This document shows, in pieces, positions 55,601 through 64,000 of a DNA stretch of 64,000 bases. Location: the NCBI RefSeq assembly GCF_001194135.2, contig NC_068994.1:47847873-47911872 (forward strand). The letters run 5' to 3'. The DNA is from Octopus bimaculoides. Taxonomy: Eukaryota. The first letter of the stretch is position 1. The number at the start of each line of letters is the position of its first letter. The notes under the pieces are model-generated. The model ran no database searches and was not told the DNA's origin. It saw only the letters and a list, made by a program, of their open reading frames with translations. A program made the translations under genes and the position numbers.

Positions 55601-56840
55601 ACAATCACACCCAGTGAATGTCAACATTTGGATGCATGCTCACTCTTTCTCTCTCACACACACACATGATGGACTACAAAACACTAGCACTCTACCATTT
55701 TCACTCACAAGGCACCAGTTTTCCTGGTACCTTCATCAAGGACGCTTGTCCAAGGTGCTGCAACATAGGACTGAATCCAAAGCAAAAATGCTTGCAAAGC
55801 AAACTTCTTAGCCACACAGCCATGATTTTAAATAATAAATAAACTAGTGTCCTGCCCAGTGTGACACAACAAAACACCTACAGCAGACATGAACTCATAA
55901 CCCCCGTAGTACAATACATTTTTAGTTCTACTTCTAGTAAAATCTAGTGATGTCTTTAGAAGTTTAAAAATTGCCAGACCACTTCATAAAATCATAACAT
56001 CATTAGCAATAATGCTTGTCCACACAAACACACCTCTCACACAGTTTCTAATTAGTAAAATGTCAATTACTTTTAAACTAGTTGTTGACCTTTTAAGGCC
56101 AACATCTGTGAATAATATTATTTCCTTCCACTGTTAATTTTAAAATGGTTTTGTTTTGTTTTTTTTCTTTTTCTTATTCTTTTTATTTTATTTTCTTTGC
56201 ATCAGTTCGTGTGTAAACCTGTCTGTGTTTTTGCTTATTCTTTGTTAACTTACATACAGTAGATGGAAACCGAAAGTAGCCCAGAGTATATGTATATGTG
56301 TGTATATATATGTATCATCATCATCATCATTTAACATCCATTTTCCAAGCTGGCATGGGTTGTGTGTGTGTATGTATCCATGTATGTGTGCCTTTGTGCT
56401 TGTTCCCTACCACTGCTCGACAACCAGTGTTGGGTTGTTTACATCCCTGTAACTTACCAGTTCAGCAAAAGAGACTGGTAAAATAAGTACCAGGTTTAAA
56501 AATATAAGTACTGAGGTTGATTTATTTGTTCAACTAAACCCTTCAAGGTAGTGCCCCAGCATGACCTCAGTCCAAGTAAAAGATAGAGATACCCCAAAAC
56601 TGAAGTTGTTTAGCATTATTCTAGTGGTCGAATATAACACTTAACTCATTAGGGTCTGTAAATTTACCTTCACGACTTTAACTAATTTGTTGTTGTTGTT
56701 TATAAGACCCAGAGCAGTTCTGATCCAGATCTATGATGAAATGTATCCCAATAGTGACAATGTATGGTGAAGGCTTATAATTCTATTTACAAAATTTCAA
56801 TCCCACCATTTCCTAATTCAAGCTGAATGCACACATTTAA

Positions 56841-57060
56841 CCCTTTAACATTTGGATTACTTTGTTAAATGTAATACTTATCTATTCACATTGTTTTAAA
56901 TTAATCATGCATTATCTTGTAGCTTTGAAACTTCAATGGTGTGATTGTTTAGTTTTAGTGTGGCAGTGTAGGGTAGGTGTAAGAGGCTAAATCTAGCTAG
57001 TTTGAATATAAAACAGCCAGAATATTTGAATCAGATATGGTCAGTTTAAACACTAAAGGG
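56841..57060. mobile_element. piggyBac-like MITE, both ends intact
   Basis: TTAA|CCCTTTA...TAAAGGG|TTAA, 220 bp. Confidence 0.88.
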
Positions 57061-57419
57061 TTAATATGTTAGTTTTTTGTATTTTATGGGCACATGGCTG
57101 AGTGTTTAGGAAGTTCACTTCTCAAACATGAGGTTTAGGTTCCAAATTCAATCCCACTCTATAGTATCTTGATTTCTATCATAGCCTTTGGTTAACTCAA
57201 GCTCTATGGGTGAAAAACTTTGTAAATGAAAACAGTATGGTGATCCATCAGATGATGTACCTGTGATTCAAAAGCCCAGCTCAGTCTGCATAAAGATCTC
57301 CTTAAATAGGATAGATGTCTGAAATACTCAGCCGTTTTACACAGTAAACAGCAAACATTTATATAGTAAACAGATGGGTGTCTTTCTAAAAAGAAAAAAT
57401 CTTTTCTTAATTGGATAAG

Positions 57420-57740
57420 TGCAGGCGTGGCTAGGTGGTTAGAAGCTTGTTTCCCATCAATATAGTTCTGGGTTCAGTCCCACTAATTGGTACCTTGGAC
57501 AAAGCTTTGTGAGTGGATTTGATAAATGGAAGTCTCCCACCACTACTTGACAACTGGTGTTGGTTTGCTTACATCTCCATAACTTAGTAGTTTGGCAAAT
57601 AGAGACTGATAGAATAAGTACCAGGCTTTAAAAAAATAAATAAGCATTGGGGGTCAATTCATTTGACTAAAAGTTCTTCAAGGTGGTGCCCCAGCATGGC
57701 CGCAGTCTTATGACTAAAACAAATTAAAGATAAAAGAATT
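57420..57740 (+). mobile_element. SINE family A, internally deleted
   Basis: Head and tail similarity. Confidence 0.8.
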
Positions 57741-59261
57741 ACTTAGAATCAGAAGAGGAAACCCTTTTCAGAAAACCTGTCGGAGGGAGTACTCTTCAGG
57801 ATAGAGGCCTGGTTCAAATGCTGACAACAAAGTGAACTCCACTGAAGGTGGATGGCCAAAAGCCAGGCAGTGGTGCTGAACCAAACAACAGATTTGGTTG
57901 CCTACAACCCATGTCGATGAAATAACTGCAACTTTTATATAACTGGGATGCTAATAACAGACTGAAAAGAAAGATGATAAAAATGTGAATAATTAATTAA
58001 CTGTACTTTATGTTTGTGTGTGTGTTTAACAGTTGGCAATTTGACAAACGGAGGGGTGGGGGGAAACCCTGTAGCCAACAAAAATATAACAATATCCGTT
58101 TCAACACATGACTTCAGATCAAATCATTTGCCAAAAAACCTATACGAGACTGTAATAAACAATATAACTAGATTATTTTTTTAACCTTCTTGTCACCATA
58201 TTTCTAATAATACACTGTCTATCTACTTCAGTTAATTTTGGAAATAAGTGAGAATTTGCAAGGATTTTAGTAAAATAGCTTTAACATTTAATTGTTGTTG
58301 TTATTTAATCTGAGGTCAGTGTTGTTGATTGAATGTTTCACTAATGGCAATGGTGTTCTTTTAGGCATTGCATATCTAAAACTACAATATCTTATGGTTC
58401 CCCTCCTGATTTTTAAACAAAAGGTGTGTGATTTGAGTGAGATTTGCTTATTACTTCTTGCAGATCAAGTAATCACATAGTGGTTTCGTCATCCTCTCAT
58501 TTCATTTATTGATATATTATTCCAAACGGTTATATATTCCAAACAGTAGTTTGGATTATATAACTAAATAAAAGTTCTTATAAAATTATTATAAAAGCTT
58601 TCAATTTAAATAAGAGGTGATTTCAGACAAGTTATTATTAAAAGATTAGTAGAAAAGGTTTCACTATTCAACTGCTTTGAGACAATAATTCTATTGAAAT
58701 ATACTGTCTGCATTTAAATTAATTTTGAAAACAATAGAAAATTTGGAGGAATTGCATAAAATAACTTTTCCTTTAGTAAGGTGATGTCTGGAATATAGAA
58801 TATCTAGAGATTTTTGCATACAAGAGGGGATTAGTTAGAACCAGGATTGGTTTCAGATAGCTTTGCTCTCAAAAGGATATTCTCTGTGTTGATCTGAGTT
58901 AAACCTCACTGAAGTTTACACTCTTTATCAAATAACTTTGCTGCAAATTAGCAACTTACTTAAGCCCTTCACTCCTTATGGAGCCTAGGCCATTAATGAC
59001 TTATCCCCTTGTTTTCAACCCTGGACTGTCTTTTCTGCTTCTCTCCAGTTCCACAGACAGCTGCCATCACCTCAACCCCTTCTTTCACAGCTCTTCTCAG
59101 AGGAGGAGTCAGCCTTGTAGCTTCCTTTTGGATTTTTCTGCACTGTATCATGCTTCCCTGAGAGAAAGCCTTCTTCTCCCACATCTTGTTGGTTTTTGAA
59201 TTCTCATCAATGTTTCTGTAACTTTGATTTTTACTAGATAGAGGTGTCCATATTAGTTTGG

Positions 59262-59460
59262 CTATCATGCCGGTGGCACGTAAAAGCACCTACTACACTC
59301 TCGGAGTGGTTGGCGTTAGGAAGGGCATCCAGCTGTAGAAACTCTGCCAAAACAGATTGGAGCCTGGTGTAGCCACCTGGTCCACCAGTCCTCAGTCAAA
59401 TCATCCAACCCATGCTAGCATGGAAAGCGGATATTAAACAATGATGATGATGATGATGAT
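59262..59460 (+). mobile_element. Retroposon family D, single-motif copy
   Basis: GGTGGCACGTAAAAGCACC (59272-59290) occurs once, followed by GGCGTTAGGAAGGGCATCCAGCTGTAGAAA and an (ATG)n tail. Confidence 0.85.
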
Positions 59461-60358
59461 GGTCTGTCCAGGATGGGAGGCCCTGCCAGGAGTTTGCACT
59501 GATACAGCTCCTCGTAGCTGCACACTCCTCTTTAAAAAAATTTAATGCAATATTTGTATAGTTCCTTTTTTCTGTTCCCATTTACTCTTTATTAGGATGA
59601 ATCTTGTATTCTTATATAATGCTTAGTAAGGGATTTATCTTATGTTTGAATGGTTAACATTGTGAAATTCACAATTTGTAAAGCTTTGTAAGTGGAGGCA
59701 CATGGCTTAGTGGTTGGGGTGTTGCATTTATGATCATAAGATTGTGATTTTGATTCCTAGACCAAGTGATGTGTTGACCAAAACACTTCATTTGACATTG
59801 CTCCAGTCCACTCAGCTGGCAAAAGTGAGTCATCATATGATGGACCTGCATCTCATCCATGGAGTGAATATATACGCCACAGAATCCTGGGAACTATGGC
59901 TCAGGAAGGACCTTTGATCCTTTTTATTTTAAAAAGTTTTGTAAAGAAATGTTCGCAACATAATGATATATTGGAAGTAAACAATTTTATTCTTTCAACG
60001 ACATACTCTGCTAAATTTAGTTTATAGTAAATTATGAATTTTGCATTATTTAGTTTATGTCTCTTTATGATCTCAGTTCCAATCCCACCGGGGTCAGTGT
60101 TGCTTTTTGCCCTTCTAGGTTTGATGAAATAAGTACTGGTTGAGTATCATGGTGGAGCTGGTTGATTGTATGGCCTTGTGCCTACATTAAAAATTAATAA
60201 TTCTAGCTTGTATTGAATTTCAATTTTGGAAAAAAAGATGGCCATAGGTTTAATATCCTGGGACTTGTCTATAGCCCTCATGGTCACATGCTCAGATCAT
60301 ACCCCTATTATCATGTTGTACTTCTTCAGCAAAACACTGACTCTGCTTGCTCTAGTTT

Positions 60359-60670
60359 CATCATCATCATCATCATCATCATCATTTAATGTCTGTTTTC
60401 CATCCATGCTGGTATAGGTTGGATGGTTTGGTAGGAGCTGGCCAACTAGAGGGCTGCCCAAGCTCATATTGTCTGTTTTGGCATGATTTCTACAGCTGGA
60501 TGCCCTTCCTAACATCATCTACTTTCCAGGGTATACTGGGTGCTTTTTATGTGGCACCAGTATAGGTGCTTTGTATGTGGCACCAGCATGGGTACTTTAC
60601 ATGTGACACTAGCATGGGTACCTTCTACGTGGAACCAGCATGAGTGCTTCTTGCATGGCACCAGCATAGG
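60359..60670 (-). mobile_element. Retroposon family D with 26-bp x5 array and 12-bp TSD
   Basis: TTGCTCTAGTTT at 60347-60358 and 60671-60682; units start at 60539, 60565, 60591, 60617 and 60643. Confidence 0.85.
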
Positions 60671-62359
60671 TTGCTCTAGTTTGCCTGCTAAATAAAAAGG
60701 ACTAGATCAACTCATGCTGGTGCCACATAAAATGTACTTGTCCCGTTGTTACTCTAGTTCGCCTGACTAAATGAAAAAATAGTTTCCAGTGTTAACATTT
60801 TAGTGGTTAACAGCAATGAGAAGGCACATCCAGCTATAAAAATTGCTGTGAAAAATAAAACCACTACACCCATATAAACACTAGAAAATAATTGCAAAAC
60901 AATTTATAAAGAAAAAATATCTGAGTTCCACATTTATAGATTAATTAATTAAATTGATATTCACTTCTTGTGTCGTTGTTCAGTTTTAAACGAAACACTA
61001 TCAAATCAATAGCTATCTATTTATCTCACACTAGTGTGATAAATAATTGATTACTTGACTTTTTTCATTTTTCTACTAATGAAATATATTCATCTGTAGG
61101 TGAATAAACTCTGATAATGTCTGGAGAGTCACTCTCCCTCTCTCTCTCTGAGCTTAATAAATTTGGTAAATATTTGACCTCAGCAATACAAGTCATTGAA
61201 TCATCTGTCATTTATGCTATGCTCCCACTGCCTACCTATTTACTGCCAGTTGAGTTGAATACAGTTGTAATTTGTGTGTCTCTTTTTCCATGTTACTGAT
61301 TTAGAGTGAGTTTTACCTCTTTGCAGCTAGGTGGACTGAGCCATTGGTGATCTAAGTGTCTTCTTGAAGAACACAATACAAATGACGGGGCATGAAATGT
61401 TGATCCTTCAGCCATTAGTACAAATGGTAGAATATCATTTAAAAGAAAATTAGTTGCTATTTCTAGCATATTAGGCAACCACATAAAGCCTTGTTTATTA
61501 ATTTGTATAATACAGATACATAAATTTGTTTATCATATTGGTAATAATTTTTTCTACAATAGGCACAAGGTCTGAAACTTTAGAGAAGATAGGAAGGGTT
61601 CAATTACATTGACTCTGGTACTGAACTGGAGATGAATGGTAAAATCAACCACAGCAGCATTTGAAATCATTGTAAAGCTGAAGGAAATGCTGCTAAGCAT
61701 TTTGTCCAGGAAACTAACGGTTCTGCCTTCATGTATTGGTTATAAAATAATGTTAAAATAATGCTTTCTCAGATTGACATAAAGGTATACACTTCATTTT
61801 CTCTGTTTGGAGAAAATGGTTATGACTACGCCTATGCCCATTACAGCTTCTCCCAAGACTTGTGAGGACAATGTGGTTAAAATAGTTGAAGGAGAAGGGG
61901 TAGTTGTACTATAGTCAATTAAATTAACTGCAGCAAATACCTGTGATGAAAGGCAAAAAGGGATTTCAGCTCAAAAGATCATGATTGGAAAGTAAACATT
62001 GTAAGGAAATTTGATCTAGTGATCGACCAGTTCTACAGCTCGGTTTCCTTTTGTGTTTCATTATAATCTATAATGTGTATGTAAACATTGATGTGAAGAT
62101 TATTCGAGAAGGTTATTTACTTTATATCACGTATTGTGAACAATCCTGTCCTTGGTTACAGGTTTCCAATGAGCCGATCATTGGTTCACTGCATTTCATT
62201 TATGGCAGCAAGAGTGATGACAAAGGAGTGTCTGTAACTCTGTGTAGAACAAACACGACAAACGACTTCAGAGAAATACAAGCACCGTTTTTTCAGTTTC
62301 CATGCCTTACTGATATACTCTGAGAAAAGTTATGTGCGTACACATACACGCATTCTTTT

Positions 62360-62720
62360 TATTCTTTTACTTGTTTCAGTCATTTGAGTGCGGCCATGCT
62401 GGAGCACCACCTTTAGTCGAACAAATCAACCCCAGGACTTATTCTTTGTAAGCCTAGTACTTATTCTATCGGACTCTTTTGCCAAACCACTAAGTTACAG
62501 GGACGTAAACATATCAGCATCGGTTGTCAAGCGATGGTCAGGGGGACATACACACACACACACAAATATATATATATATATATATACGACAAACTTCTGC
62601 ACAGTTTCCAGCTACCAAAATTCTACTCAGAAGCCATTGGTCAATTCAAGGTTATAGTAAAAGACACTTGTCCAAGGCATTATGTAGCTGTGAAGCAAAA
62701 TTCTCAACCACACATCTATG
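62360..62720 (-). mobile_element. SINE family A
   Basis: Family similarity. Confidence 0.85.
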
Positions 62721-63160
62721 TCTGACTCTTCAGATTATGGACAAGTTGTCACTATTGCTTTTTGATTTAGACTTAAAGACATTATGACACATTGCTGCTT
62801 TTAAAAATAGACATTATAACTGAATATCATATATCATCATCATCATCGTCATCGTTCATATTTTAACATCCACTTTTCCATATTTGCATAGCTCATTCAG
62901 AATTTGCTGATGCAAATGTTTGTCTTTTAAGCTTGATGCCCCTTCTGTCACCAAACCTCACATGTTTCTAAGTAAGGTTATATTGCCTCTAGTCTTCTGA
63001 AACTAAACAGAAAAGTGATCAAGCATGTTTTGAAAGAAGATTGCAAATGAATGACATGACACCACTTTTATAACAGCGATGTTTATTAATAATTGTGCAA
63101 TGACAAGACATGGAGTCATAAATACACACACATGCGCACTCAAACAAATCAACCCCAGTA

Positions 63161-63368
63161 CAGTAATCTCTCAACTATCGCGGGTGTTATGTTCCAAAAC
63201 CCCCGCAATAGGTGAAAATCTATGGAGTAGAAACAGTACTGTACTGTATATTTTTATTTATTATTTTTATAATTTGTATATATTCATTTTATTATAAATG
63301 CAGAACAACACCACAGAGGAATCGACGTAAGCTTAAATAATAAACTGCAATATGGCAAGGGATTACCG
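63161..63368. mobile_element. pogo/Tigger-like MITE inserted into a SINE A tail
   Basis: TA|CAGTAATCTCTCAACTATCGCG ... GCAATATGGCAAGGGATTACCG|TA; removing it restores the SINE sequence CCCCAGTA-CTTTTTTTGAAGCCTGGTAC. Confidence 0.8.
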
Positions 63369-63799
63369 TACTTTTTTTGAAGCCTGGTACTTATTTTATC
63401 AATCTCTTTTGCTGAAATGTTAAGTTACAAGGACATAAACACACTAACATTGGTTGTCAAGTGGTGGTGGAGGACAATCACTGACACAAAGACACACGTA
63501 CATAGATATTTATAATGATATACATACAATGGGCTTCTTTCAGTTTCCATCTTCTGCATTGTACACACCAGATAGGTTTGAAACAGTTTTTTTTTAATGA
63601 TTTTATTTTTAATGCTGTGAATTTTTTTTTTATGCAAATCAAAACATGTATATTATTTCTAGACAATATGTGAATATAGAGATTATTAGTAAGAAAGAAA
63701 AAAAAAATGTTTTCTTTAATCAAACTTAGATTTAATGATCAATTAACTGGTTAACAGAAATATTTACTAGTTCATACTGTAATACAGTAATATTAACCG

Positions 63800-64000
63800 A
63801 AGACACATGGCTTAGTGGTTAGGGTATTCGGCTCACGACTGTAAGATCATGAGTTCAATTCCCGGCCATGTGTTGTGCCCTTGAGCAAGACTCTTTATTT
63901 CACATTGCTCCAGTCCACTCAGCTGGCAAAAATGAGTAATACCTGTATTTCAAAGGGCCAGCCTTATCACATTCTGTGCCATGCCAAACCTCCCTGAGAA
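63800..64000 (+). mobile_element. SINE family C, truncated by window end
   Basis: tRNA-like head, CORE-like segment, TTCAAAGGGCCAGCCTT tail as in the 12701 copy. Confidence 0.85.

Noticed and set aside
46557-62323. Possible plus-strand exons after AG acceptors at ~46557, ~47590 (minus), ~61810 and ~62161
   Set aside because: Frames are short, no protein similarity is recognisable, and donors are weak or missing; needs RNA-seq.

Overview
Eukaryotic, very repeat-dense, AT-rich DNA from a gapped short-read-type assembly (8 N-gaps). The tRNA-derived SINE families and compound (AT/GT/GA)n microsatellite fields look like an octopus (coleoid cephalopod) genome; this is recognition, not a database result. 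I find no supportable host protein-coding exon, and nearly all listed ORFs are microsatellite read-throughs or transposon debris. Recognisable debris includes RTE, R4/Dong, CR1/L2-group and Penelope retroelements, a Gypsy integrase fragment, a full-length but dead DD37D (maT) transposon, hAT, piggyBac and pogo MITEs, and a Helitron Rep remnant. The non-routine signals are: (i) a decayed full type I hammerhead ribozyme fold (1064-1147) and three minimal Penelope-type hammerhead motifs; (ii) a 2.2-kb polypyrimidine tract followed by a CpG-rich island with an Inr-like motif and a GTAAGT donor (~23.2-23.6 kb), probably a promoter/non-coding first exon, followed by a broad fall in CpG content; (iii) several short near-perfect fold-back hairpins, one with pre-miRNA geometry (40805-40861); and (iv) one retroposon family whose internal motif seeds different minisatellites in different copies. 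No novel multi-gene system is evident. SINE family letters A-D are my own working labels.
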